Positions 1 to 12,050 of a DNA stretch of 64,000 bases are shown here, one piece after another. A model generated the notes under the pieces. It was not told the DNA's origin. It saw only the letters and a program-made list of their open reading frames with translations, and made no database searches. Location: NCBI RefSeq assembly GCF_006345805.1, contig NC_043008.1:15438001-15502000 (forward strand), read 5' to 3'. Origin of the DNA: Octopus sinensis. Its lineage: Eukaryota. Both the position numbers and the translations under genes were made by a program. Position 1 is the stretch's first letter, and every line of letters starts with the position of its first letter.

Positions 1-600
1 AGGTAAATATTTCCTAGCACTGATAGATAGACATTTTCCAGTTAACCATGCTTATAGGAAACTCTTTAATAACACAATTTAAAAATTAGTTTTAGTTCAA
101 CTACCAATTTTAAAAACATAATCAATCATAACATACAAAAAACACAAGAAGAAAACAGCTTGTTCATGCAGGAATAAAGAATTGTGCCCGCTAAATGGCT
201 TGCATGTCCAAGACCATCATATATGAAGCTACCGTAAACTCTATAACCTAAAGACACCGTTTCGACGAAGAAATACGTGGGCCTGACAGAGGGTAATTTC
301 CATCAAGGCCAGGTTCAATATAACCACACTTTGAGCTTTAGGCACTGGAACAAAAGAAAAGCGACACAATTATCCAATCATATTGGTCTTTAAGAGATAA
401 AGGTGTCGATTATAACATACAATGGAAGATTTTGGCCAGATGTAAGCCCTATACTAACGGCAGCGGAAGGTGCGGTTTATGCGACATGAGAGATGGCTTA
501 TCTGGGGAAAAGCAGCTTAGACCCTACCACATGTTAAATACAAGGACAGAGCTTTTCGGATCATGCCCACATGTGACTAAATTTCTGTTACGTTTTTTGG
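1..600 (+). mobile_element. Penelope-like element remnant: linker plus GIY-YIG endonuclease, frameshifted
   Basis: Manual translation across frameshifts gives GKYFLALIDRHFPVNHAYRKLFN..KISFS..CSCRNKELCPLNG..IIYEATV..KKYVGLTEGNF..NHTLSFRH..WSLRDKGVDYNIQWKILARCKPYTNGSGRCGLC..LNTRTELFGSCPHVTKFLL, matching the PLE C-terminal EN pattern (IYEA..YVG, CxxC, LNxRxELxxxCxHxxKF). Confidence 0.9.
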
Positions 601-809
601 TCCCCTAAGAAACGGATAGATCATGCTTTCTGTGTTATGTCCCAAGAAGATTTTATATATTTTTATATATTTTTATATATTTTTATGTATTTTTATATAA
701 TTTTTATGACGAAAAATGCGAGCGATGTATAAGTACGCAGGCCAAGCAGAGTTATAACCAGAGTAATTTCCCTTCTTTTTAAACGGTATTTTTTCATAAC
801 GTTTTCAAA

Positions 810-881
810 TAGCCAGATAACCGAAGAGATGGTATTGTGGATTTCCACTTCGGCATCTGAAACTCAGAGTTTTATCTGACT
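810..881 (+). ncRNA. Degenerate type I hammerhead-ribozyme-like motif in the PLE 3' region
   Basis: Stem I TAGCCAGATA/TATCTGACTA (9/10 pairs), core CCGAAGA (one change from CUGANGA), stem II GATG/CATC, GAAA, palindromic stem III ACTC-A-GAGT. Lies about 220 bp downstream of the PLE EN. Confidence 0.5.
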
Positions 882-1121
882 ACCGAGTAATGTACATATG
901 TATATTATAATATATCTTATATATCTATCATATCTAATTATTAAGGTATGTAGAAAATACAACAACATGGACAAGAACGTTATAACTCTTAGAAGACGAC
1001 ACAATAAACAAGGACAGGACATTCGAACCCCTCAGTCTTCAGTCAAGAACCGGATCATCGTAGTAATTTCGGCTGATTAATCTTGAGATTACTAGATCAC
1101 GGCCATATATATATATATATA

Positions 1122-1360
1122 AATCCAAGCTGAGTTTGAGAGGGAACTGAAGTCTCCGCATACGGTAGGAGTAGTCTGTTAGGGTTGGCGGAATTTTCGG
1201 AATAAAAACAGTAGCGTTGTTGCCGCATCTCTTGATAATTTGGACTTCAATGACGTGGTCCATCATTTGTTTGACCTCAAGGCCAATTCCATTGCACAAT
1301 GTGGGTGCGTTTAGTTTGCGTAGGCGGATGGTAGGGCATCTAAAGTGAAATTCATGTCGT
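1122..1360 (-). mobile_element. PIF1-family / Helitron helicase fragment
   Basis: Minus-strand frame reads HEFHFRCPTIRLRKLNAPTLCNGIGLEVKQMMDHVIEVQII..TVFIPKIP..RRLQFPLKL, matching the PIF1/Helitron segment HxL..G.P.MLLRNL...LCNGTRL.V....VIEA.I....VFIPRI....R.QFP..L. Confidence 0.8.
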
Positions 1361-1536
1361 CTCGTATAGGAAATATCTCTTTCTAAATAAAATGTTGACG
1401 AGGAAGAACTGAAGAAATTGACGAAAACTTAAATAATATACTGAATCCGCTTCGGACACGAGTCTCATCGTGAATACTCTTTGTCTTCTCTGTGAAAACA
1501 TCTGCACACAGTCTCACTTGCGCGTGTATATATATT

Positions 1537-1597
<61 letters not shown>

Positions 1598-1989
1598 TGT
1601 ATATACATATTATGCGCGCGTGCGTTGTGCGTGCAAAAAAGGAAAAAAAGAACATACTTCTTGAAATTTATCATGGAAAAAAGAAAAAGAAATATCTAAA
1701 TGTTTATCCAAATATGCTACCAGTTTCACTCGTTTTATAAAGCGATTTAGTCATGTCGCAAAATAACAAATTAGATTCAAATGAATGAAATTCAATCTAA
1801 TTAATCTTTAATGATATTGATTCTGGAAGTTCTCATGCTTTTCTTCTAAAATTTATATGCTGCGTCTCGCTGGATCCCTTCTGAATATTGCTGGGTTGTA
1901 GTAGTAGGAATAGTATCAATTTAAATCGCGGCAATTCTTTTTAGCACCCAATCCTGGATGCTGTTCTTACGGAGTGAGCGCATTAATAA

Positions 1990-2170
1990 TCTTTTCTACT
2001 ACAGGCACAAGGCTTGAAATTTTGTGGGAGGGGCTAGTGCATTACATCGACCCCAGTGTTTAACTGGTACTTATTTAACCAACGCCGAAAGAATGAAACC
2101 CCAAATCAACCTCGGGTAATATGAACTCGGTTCGTAAAAACGGACCAAATGCCGAAAAGCCGACCGCCTT
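1990..2170 (-). mobile_element. Degenerate SINE family B copy
   Basis: Contains cacaaggcttgaaatttt..atcgaccccagt..actggtactta, shared with other family B copies in the window. Confidence 0.6.
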
Positions 2171-2194
2171 TGTGTGGGTATTAATAATATGGTT

Positions 2195-2299
2195 ATTGGT
2201 TGTAGTAGTAGTATTAGCAGTAGAAGTAGTCGAAATTGTAGCAACAGCAGTAACAGTAGCAGTAATAGTAGTAGTAGTAGTGGTAGTGGTAATAGTAGC

Positions 2300-2332
<33 letters not shown>

Positions 2333-2380
2333 ATTATTTTTATTATTATTATTATTATTATTGTTAGTAGTAGCAGCAGC

Positions 2381-2412
<32 letters not shown>

Positions 2413-2413
2413 G

Positions 2414-2455
<42 letters not shown>

Positions 2456-2472
2456 TAGTAGTAGTAGTAGTG

Positions 2473-2512
<40 letters not shown>

Positions 2513-2521
2513 TAGTAGTAA

Positions 2522-2558
<37 letters not shown>

Positions 2559-2570
2559 TGTTGTAGTAGT
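2195..2570. repeat. (TAG)n/(TAT)n trinucleotide array
   Basis: Direct reading. Confidence 0.95.
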
Positions 2571-3029
2571 GGATGTATCAGTATCACTAGCAGAATCAGC
2601 AGTGGCGACCAATCACCATAGAGACACGGAATCAACGATAACTTCATAGAAATGAAAACCGCTTCAACCTGTGTTTTTCCTCTACTCAAATAATGTTCAA
2701 AATATTCAGCCGATGATGCTTCGCAGGTTTTGTTTCTCCATATTCGTTCTACGTAAAATTATAATCTATGTATAGATGTCTCGTCTATTTCGACCAGAAA
2801 GATTATATGGGAGGTAACAAATGTGCCTCGAAATCAATAGAATTACTTAAAGAATCTTTCATTGTCTCTATTGATTTGAAATTGTCCGGTAACAAGAGGA
2901 AATAAATTTCTGTCCTCATTGTATCTTATTTCTCTTTCCTTCTATTTCCATACATACATAAATGCGTATAAACATACATACATACAACAATACATACATA
3001 ACATCAATACTGGCATGTATACACACACA

Positions 3030-3063
<34 letters not shown>

Positions 3064-3323
3064 TGCATATATATATATATGTGTGTATATATATGTATAT
3101 ATATATATATTATGTATATATATATTGTATATATATATGTATATATATGTATATATATGTATATATATGTTATAATATGTATATATGTATATATATATAT
3201 ATATATGTATGTATATTAATTTATATATATTATATATATATCAGAATCTTACAAGAAATATATAAACGTATATATATATATATATACATACACGTATGTA
3301 TATTAATGTATAATATATATATG

Positions 3324-3387
<64 letters not shown>

Positions 3388-3916
3388 TACAGACGCACAC
3401 ATATATGTATATATACCATGTATGTTTAAATTCATAGACACACACATAATATTTATATGCACACGCGTATATACACATACGTGTGTGTATATGTCTGTGT
3501 GTCTGTGTGTCTACGCGCGTCCTGTCGCCCATTATATTTTCTACACTATCACTGCGGCTTTACTTCTCTTTCAGCTAAACTGAAGTATTCCACCATAACC
3601 TTTTGCCAAATTCTCACCTGCAGTTATTGCATTGTTCGTGAACAATCAAATTCAATTTATCATTTATTTTATTCGCTTTCTTCTCGGTGGTCTTGTTTTA
3701 TTTATTTATTGAATACGTTTTTACATTCCCTCTATGAATTAAGTTCTCGACTGCCATCATACTTGGCACGGTTTGCAAATTTTTTAAATGACTAAATTAT
3801 GCCAGCTTATAGGATTTTGAATATTTTTACACATTCTGTATTTTCCATCTTGGCAAAGACTTCTTGAAATAATAATAATAATAATAGTAACAATAGTAAT
3901 GGTAATAACAATAAAT

Positions 3917-4394
3917 GTCCTGATGCAAGACCAAGCGTTGGTTCTCATAACTTCTCATCTTAACTGACTGGAAGTATTAACATGTACATGTTTTGTCTTG
4001 GTGTAAAAGATGGACTACAACAAATATTCTGCCCAATACCACAGATTTGCTTGTCAGTTGCTTGGGCATAACCTGTTGAATATGTCCCTTACTGGCTCCC
4101 AATATGTGCATCTCTGATGAAGAACAGGAGTAGTGGTGAAGTATTATAGTCATGTGATGAGAGGAGTTCTTTGGGGTTTGCATGATTCAACCTTAGAAAG
4201 ATGAGTGTTTCGGTTTTCATCCTGCAAGGCCACGTGCTGTTTATCTTGTTATATGATTACCATGTCGCGCACATATGGTTGTGAAGCATGTGCCTATTGT
4301 ACCCTTATTAGCGGGTAGTCATGATGGGTACATTGGGTTTCGTATATTTGTACCCCAGTTTCACTCTGATGGCATGCGTTGCACACTCACTCAG
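3917..4394 (+). mobile_element. 3' end of a retroposed element (LINE 3'UTR or non-autonomous derivative) with (AAT)n tail
   Basis: Flanked on both sides by AAT repeats. Its last ~130 bp recur as a reverse complement at 35131-35257, also in AAT repeats. Confidence 0.7.
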
Positions 4395-4609
4395 TAATAA
4401 TAATAATAATAATGATAATAATAAAGATAATAATAATAATAATATTAATAATAATATTAATATTAATAATTATAATATAGTAATAATAATAATAAAAATA
4501 ATATTAATATTAATAATAATAATAATAATATAATAATAATAATAATAATAATAAAATATAATAATAATAATATTAATATTAATAATAATATTAATAGAAA
4601 TAATAATAA

Positions 4610-4685
<76 letters not shown>
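4395..4685. repeat. (AAT)n array
   Basis: Direct reading. Confidence 0.97.
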
Positions 4686-4686
<1 letters not shown>

Positions 4687-5425
4687 GTCCAAGACTATTG
4701 CAGTGCAAGATCAGAGCTTACCTACCAGAAACTAACCATGCAAACGTCCTTAAAGGCGGACCTGACCCCTCCCCGTGTATAACGTGCGGAAAATTCACAG
4801 AAACAATTGATCATATTGTTTCTGGCTGCCCGGTCCTCGCTGAAAAGGAATACCTCATAAGACATGTCAGACGAGAGCTGTACATCCACTGGAATACTTG
4901 TAAATACTACGAAATTATATCGCATCATAAGTGGTACAGGCACCGTCCTTTGGAACTCCCAATACAAACAGACAGAAAAAGTTTAATCCAATCGACCAGA
5001 CATTGTGATCAAGGACTACAACAGAGGAACTTGTCTGTTAATGGATATGTCTGTCCCACAAGATCAAAATGTTTCAAGAAAGGGATTCGAAAAGCTTTCT
5101 CATTATAAAGATCTGCAAATTGAAATCACAGCAATGTAGAAGCTTAGTACTACGATAATACCAGCGGTAATTGGTGCGTTGGGATTGATATAGCAGGGAG
5201 CTGAGAAGTATATTAAGCCACTCCCCACAACTCCGTGAAATACAAACGATAACCTTGATGGTTACAACCCATATACCACGGAAAGCAGTCTGCATCTAAA
5301 ATGCATAGCAAAACGAACGTGCCCTTGCTACTTTTGGCCTCCGGAGGATGCCCATCAATAAGGCGGCTGAAATAAAGTTACAATGAAAGGAAACCGTAAA
5401 TAATGATAACAATTATAATAATAGT
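4686..5425 (+). mobile_element. 5'-truncated R4/Dong-type RLE LINE (CCHC knuckle plus restriction-like endonuclease)
   Basis: Translation with frameshifts: IAVQDQSLPTRN..CITCGKFTETIDHIVSGCPVLAEKEYLIRH..IHW..KWYRH..NRPDIVIKD..CLLMDMSVP..EKLSHYKDLQIEI..IPAVIGALG, giving CxxC..HxxxxC and PD..D motifs. Confidence 0.9.
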
Positions 5426-5994
5426 AGAAATTAGCACTCTTGTGATATAGCAGTATGAGATACGTGCAAAACTACTATAAGCTTTAAGAAAATAAACGTC
5501 AAATTGGAAATGGAATGCCATAATTAAAAAAGATATAGAAAAACGTGGGATAAAAACAGACAGGTACGTTTTGATATTAGTTGCATAAAATCAATGTTTA
5601 ATCACCACTAGCTCAAGTAAAGAAATAAGTCATTGAAATAAAGTAGTGAAAGATACACTAATGATTAGTGTTTAGTGTTCAAGGAGCACAATGGGTTAGT
5701 TGACCACATCGTCTTTATCTTAGGCACCTTTGCCAAGTTGGTGTGTATTCACAAACACTGTTGGTCGGTGGCCTATATCCACTTGGCAAGGCGACAAAAC
5801 TTCAATATCAACACCTACAACAAATGTAATAAACATGAACGGAACATGGTGCATGAAAACAGCCCAGTTACAATAAAGCGGGACATGTCTATCTAAGCTA
5901 CCTAAGAAATCAAGGTAAACAAATCAGATGTAATAAGAAAGGACAGGAAAAAAATACAAGTAGGCTGAAGAACAACACGATTGCCACAGACATT

Positions 5995-6031
<37 letters not shown>

Positions 6032-6094
6032 ACTACTACTACTACTACTACTACTACTAGTAATAATAAGAATAATAGCATAATAATAATAATA

Positions 6095-6490
6095 TTTTCC
6101 ATTATACGCACAAGGCCTGAAATTTTGGGGGAGTTGCCAGTCGATTAGATCTACTCCAATACACAACTGGTACTTATTTAATCGACCCCGAAAGGATGAA
6201 AGGCAAAGTCGACTTCGGCGGAATTTGAACTCAGAACGTAGCGGCAGACGAAATACCCATTTCTTTACTACCCACAAGGGGCTAAACACAGAGAGGACAA
6301 ACAAGGACATACAAACGGATTAAGTCGATTATATCGACCACAGTGTGTAACTGGTACTTATTTAATCAACCCCGAAAGGATGAAAGGCAAAGTCGACTTC
6401 GGCGGAATTTGAACTCAGAACGTAGAGGCGGACGAAATACTGCTAATCATTTTGCCCGGCGTGCTAACGTTTCTGCCAATTCGCCGCCTT
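6095..6490 (-). mobile_element. SINE family B dimer: tRNA-like head + 184-bp module + terminal unit
   Basis: Two copies of gttctgagttcaaattccgccgaagtcgactttgcctttcatcctttcggggt on the minus strand. A-box-like TGGCAGAAACG and B-box-like GAGTTCAAATTCC present. Module spans 6256-6439. Confidence 0.9.
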
Positions 6491-6594
6491 AACATTAACA
6501 ACAACAACAACAACAATAGAAACAGCAGCAGCAGCAGCAACAACAACAACAACACGACCACCACCACCAACAACAACAACAATAACAATAATGT

Positions 6595-6770
6595 TTTCTA
6601 CTATATTCTGCTCTTGAAATTCTGGGGGAGGGGACTAGCCGATTACATCAACCCAAGTACATGAATGGTACTTATTTTATCGACCCCGAAAGGTTAAAAA
6701 GCAAAGTTGAACTCAGACCATCACGATGTACGAAACGTCACTAAGCATTTTATCCAATTCGCTAACAATA
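6595..6770 (-). mobile_element. Degenerate SINE family B copy
   Basis: Shared core tggtacttattttatcgaccccgaaagg. Confidence 0.65.
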
Positions 6771-7779
6771 ATGGTTTAAAATTTGGACAGAAGGTCATTC
6801 CTTCTTTGATTATTTCAGATTCCCTTTATTTATTACGTCTACATCCCGTTTCTCGTTATCAGTTTTATAACTCTTTCATGCGCTGTGTACATTTTAGTAG
6901 ACATATTTCAGGTTATTGAGGTTAACCTTCCTGCCAAAACTAGAACATATATCGAACGCAATCTTTCGCTTAAATGTTTCCACTATTTCTGATGTTATTA
7001 CAACATTATCTCCTTCTTTTATGGTTATAGTCTTGTGGTATGAGGCATATACCTGTTCTGTCGGAAATATATTATTCTCATAAAAGCGTGTAAATTATGA
7101 GTTTTTGATCACGCAGGTATATCAGATACACCGCCCCTTTTCAAATCCGACTACAAGAAGACGTTTTGCACAGTTAGGTATTAAGAGATTATTTCGAAAA
7201 TATACAACACTATATCATTGGGTCGAAATGTGCTCAGACATCTTCGCTGAAACAGCGTATATTTCTTCATTAGATTTCTCAAATGATTTCCGTTTAAGGG
7301 TTAATAAAGCTGATAGGCGAAGATAACAGACAATTAGGAAATGAAAATTGTTAAGTTTTGTTTTCTTGAGAGAAACGTGAGAAAGCGGAAAGGTCGATTA
7401 TTGTAGAAATGTAATTGACAACATAAGCCGAGAGGTACTTATGGCTCTAATAAAATTTCAGTCAAGAAATAAGAATGGTAAATGCGGTCAGTAGATGGCA
7501 TTAAGGGGAGACTACAAACAATTGCAAACAGATGTATCTGGATACGTATGTTTAATTCATGTGTCTGGGTATGTACGTGTGTATGTGTGTATGTGTGTAT
7601 GTGTGTGTGTGTGTGTGTGCCTCTCTGTGTTTATGTGCGTTTATGTGGGTGTGCTTCAGTGTGTGTGTGTGTATGTGTTTGAGTGTGTTTCATGTGTGTG
7701 CGCATATCTAAGTTTACGTGATAAAGTGTTATGTAAGGACAAGCACGCAGGCTTTGAAAACGTAACTATATGATAATTT

Positions 7780-8246
7780 ACACACACACACACACGCATA
7801 CACACATACGAATATATACACATACTTACACGCAAACAACACAGACACTCACATATATGCTTACACACACATATATGTCTGTATATATTATACATACATA
7901 TATACATACATATATATGTATATGAACACACACACACACATATATATGTCTGTATATATTATACATACATATATACATACATTTATATATGTATATGAAC
8001 ACACACACATGCACACACACACACACACGCATACACACATACGAATATATACACATACTTACACGCAAACAACACAGACACTCACATATATGCTTACACA
8101 CACATATATGTCTGTATATATTATACATACATATATACATACATATATATGTATATGAACACACACACACACATATATATGTCTGTATATATTATACATA
8201 CATATATACATACATTTATATATGTATATGAACACACACACACATG

Positions 8247-8270
<24 letters not shown>
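7780..8270. repeat. Tandem duplication (~233-bp period) of a compound CA/TA microsatellite block
   Basis: acgcatacacacatacgaatatatacacatacttacacgcaaacaacacagacactcac occurs at ~7794 and ~8027. Confidence 0.9.
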
Positions 8271-8282
<12 letters not shown>

Positions 8283-8297
8283 CACACACATATATAT

Positions 8298-8341
<44 letters not shown>

Positions 8342-8661
8342 TATTGTTATGTGTGTATTTGATTTTATGATATGTGTATTGTATGCGTGTATGTATATTC
8401 ACAAGAAAAGACTGATTGACATTATCAGAACGGTTTATTTTTATTTTCCTTTGCTTCTAATTCTAGCGCTTAGTCATTGAAATTTAATCACTTCTAACCT
8501 ATAGTTTCTATGTAAAACAATGCGAAAACAGACGAGATAAAAAAAAATACACAACCAATTATATTCTAAATATTACTAACAAACAATTTATCTCGGACGT
8601 CAAATTCTGGATAACTAGCAGACAAGATACAAACACGTGAGTATGCGTGTTTCTATGTCTC

Positions 8662-8722
<61 letters not shown>

Positions 8723-8819
8723 GGTTAAGTAATTGAGATATATATATATATATTATATATATGTTGTTGTATTTAGGAATGGTCATGTTGCCAGTTTAGC
8801 AATATATATATGTTTGCAA

Positions 8820-8870
<51 letters not shown>

Positions 8871-9512
8871 TACATATGAAAAGGGAGAGAGAGAGAGAGA
8901 TGGGCAGCAGGAGTTAGAGAAAGAGAGAGAGATACGTACATAAATATATATATGTATAAATAAATAAATATAAATATATATATACATATATATATATATA
9001 CATACATACATAGATATATGTGTATAGGTATAGGCATCAATTCAAATATATGTATGTATATATATGTCAATATATATATATGTGTGTATGTTGTCTTTTT
9101 ATGTTTGCGCCTGATTGTATGGCTGTCTGTATGTGTGTGAGTGTGTATGTGTGATCGTGTGTGTAAATATATAATATATATTATTATAGATATTATGGAT
9201 GTCTGTATCGAAAACTTCGCAAACTCTCCTGACATCTCTGTATTTAATGAAGCAATCGTTTGATTTTCTTTTTTTCCTGTATTTAATCCTATCAGCCGTA
9301 ATTTGAACATATTGCTTATATTACTGTGTTTTCCTTTTCTTTTTTTACACCATTCGTTTCTGTGTATTACATACGTGAAGAGGATTACAATAATGTTGAT
9401 TATAATGGCCACAATAATAATATTTCCACTCCTGTATGACATTTTAATACACTAATCATAAAAACAAAAACAGCTAATTAAATAACGAGAACAACCATAA
9501 TAATAACAATCA

Positions 9513-9694
9513 TTTCAATTTTTGGCACGAGGCCTGGAGGTTTTAGGGAGGTGTTAGGTCAATCACATTGACCCTAGTATCTCAGTGGTACTTAATTTAT
9601 CGACGCCGAAAGGATAAAAATCAAAGCCGACCTCGGCGGAATTTGAACTGAGAACGTAGCCTGGCGCGTTAACAATTCTGCCAGCACACCACCT
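9513..9694 (-). mobile_element. SINE family B monomer with internal deletion in the head
   Basis: Core ggtacttaatttatcgacgccgaaagg..gacctcggcggaatttgaact. Confidence 0.8.
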
Positions 9695-9745
9695 GAATAA
9701 TAGTAATAATAATAATCCTTTTTACTAGAAGCACACTACTACTAT

Positions 9746-9796
<51 letters not shown>

Positions 9797-9825
9797 ACTA
9801 CTACTACTACTAATAAAAATAATAA

Positions 9826-10210
9826 TATTTGGTCTGCTGTTACGTTCTAAGTTCAAATTCCGCCGAGGTCGACTTTGCCTTTCATCCTGTCAGGGTCGCT
9901 AAATTAAGTACCAGTTACGCACTGGGGTCGATATAATCGACTTAATCCGTTTGTCTGCCCTCCATGTGTTTAACCCCTTGGGAGTAGTAAAGAAATAGGT
10001 ATTTCGTCTGCCGTTACGTTCTGAGTTCAAATTCCGCCGTGGTCGACTTTGCCTTTAATCCTTTTGGGGTCGATTAAATAAGTACCAGTTACGCACTGGT
10101 GTCGATATAATCGACTTAATTGTTTGTCTGTCCTTATTTGTACACTCTGTGTTTAGCCCCTCGTGGGTAGTAAAGAAATAGGCATTTCGTCTGTCGCTAC
10201 GTTCTGAGTT
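9826..10210 (+). mobile_element. Headless tandem array of the SINE B module (2 units plus start of a third)
   Basis: Units 9826-9999, 10000-10182 and 10183-10210, joined at aaagaaatagg|(t/c)atttcgtctg. Confidence 0.9.
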
Positions 10211-12050
10211 GTTGACCCCTCGTATAAAATATATAAATATTGCAGTCGTCTACGAAAGAAGCTGTTGGTCATGCTCCGACAGCTATGGCGCGAAGAGATT
10301 CTAGTAGAGTATTGGATTAAAGCAGAAGACATATACCTGCAAAAGGAGGCCAATACAGAGACTATAAAATAGTCTAGGCCGGTTTCCCTTTTGAATGTAG
10401 AAGGCAAGATCTTTATGGGAATTGTCTCAAAGAGAACAATGGCATATCTACAGAGTAATGGATATGTTGATGAATCTGTTCAAAAGACCGGAATCCCTGG
10501 GATCTCTTGATGCCTTGAATATTGTTTTCTCGATTTGGAAAGCGATCCAGGATGCTAAACAGGACAAAATAAGTCTGAACGTTGTATGGCTTGATCTAGC
10601 TAATGTATATAACTCAGTGTCACATGCATTACTGATGCAAGCCATGGACCACTTTCACATTCCAGAAAATGTAACAAGATTAATGAGGATATATCAGGAC
10701 AGTTCCGAGGTAAGGTTTACAGCTGGAAATTTTATAACAGATTGGCACCGATTGGAGATTGACATTTTTGATGGATGCACAATATCTGTCACATGGTTTA
10801 TCTTAGTCATGGAGAGGATTTGGGGAGCAGCGAACATTTTGGAACAAATTGCCCATATGCAACCACCTAAGACGTCCTACATGGATGACGTGACACGTCT
10901 AGCGACAGACAAACAATACATGGAGATTGCCCTCCTGAGGGTAGACGAGTTCGTGAAGTGGTCAAGGATGCGATTCAGACCAAACAAGTCGTGTAAATTA
11001 TTTAGGGGAGTATAAAGAGGAGTTAAGTTTAAAATAGCCGAAAAAGCATTCAAAGGGTCAAGGAAGAAACCGTTAAGAACATGAGGCATGTATACGCTGG
11101 AACATTGGCAGATAGGAGTCGCGGGATGCAACTTATGAAACAAGCCGAGGGTGGATTTACAGCAATTGATAACTCAAAGCTGTCAGGTAAAATATAAAGT
11201 ATGTTGCTCACAGTTCGACTTGTAGCCGCGCGTTTCCTGGCCACTTAATGTACGAGTTGGCACTGTCACGAGTTCAAATCATTGAACAAATGTGTAACAT
11301 GTTTATTAGAAAGTGGGTGAAACTACCTTGGATATTGAACAGTTCATGTCTCTATCGTACAAGAGACATTTGCCGTTACCACTGGCATCTGTAGTCGAAA
11401 TTTATAAGCTAGGGAAATTTATAAACTACGAACGGTGATGATGCAAATTCATCGCAAGGGAATTGGATTAGGCGCAGATCTGTTCAGATCGTTCGCAAGT
11501 ATGTTGTGGAGCGAACGCAGATTTGTTGCTAGCAGGCGGCTGAAGATTTACCAGGATGTGAAGGATTATTTCCTATTCCGTTTACGAAAAAAACGGATAT
11601 TATAATGTGGTGAGAAAGAAATTGGTGAATCTAGTCAAATTAACGGTTCCTCGTGAAGATATCATGGATCCCGCTCGGGCTCGAAAGATTGACCGTTATG
11701 TAAACCTCCTCGAGGAATGTGAAAACGCAGGTTGGAAAGTGGAGCGTTTTTCAGTCGAATTCGGATGCAGAGGATTCGTTGGACACAAAGTGAAGCGACT
11801 GTTCTTATCGTAGAGCAAATTCCACCATGAGCAATATCTAAACTCTACTGGAAAAGGCTAGCTTCTGGATTTGGTTGAAAAGAGACGATGAGCGATGGCT
11901 AGAAGTATATTGAGCTATATTTGATAACCAGTTGATCTAGCAACTCATGTCAGTGAAGGAGGGGGGGCAGTGCGCAATAATATCGTCAAGAGTTAGGCCA
12001 GGAAACGGCGAGCATTTGCAAGTGCAAGTTGTTCGCAGAACATCCAAGAA
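10211..12050 (+). mobile_element. 5'-truncated, internally deleted HERO-type (R2 superfamily) RLE LINE
   Basis: RT: YKIYKYC..RPVSLLNVEGKIF..YLQSNGYVDESVQK..VVWLDLANVYNSVSH..DWHRLE..GCTISV..PPKTSYMDDVT..WSRMRFRPNKS. RLE: PDIIMW..KLTVPRED..RKIDRY..LEECENAGWKVERFSVEFGCRGFVG..EKASFWIWLKR. I could not find the CCHC region, so it appears deleted. The 3' end is approximate. Confidence 0.9.

Noticed and set aside
1012-1056. CTGAAGA..CGAATGTC hammerhead-like string on the minus strand
   Set aside because: The core has GAAT instead of GAAA and I could not form stem I. Probably part of a dispersed repeat, but not a supportable ribozyme.
8783-9442. Minus-strand ORF with an apparent TM helix plus basic cluster (NIIIVAIIINIIVILF..KKRKGK)
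   Set aside because: Ile and Lys richness is expected from ATT/A-rich DNA, and the ORF runs into microsatellite. A 57-bp AG..GT segment exists, but it has no recognisable homology.
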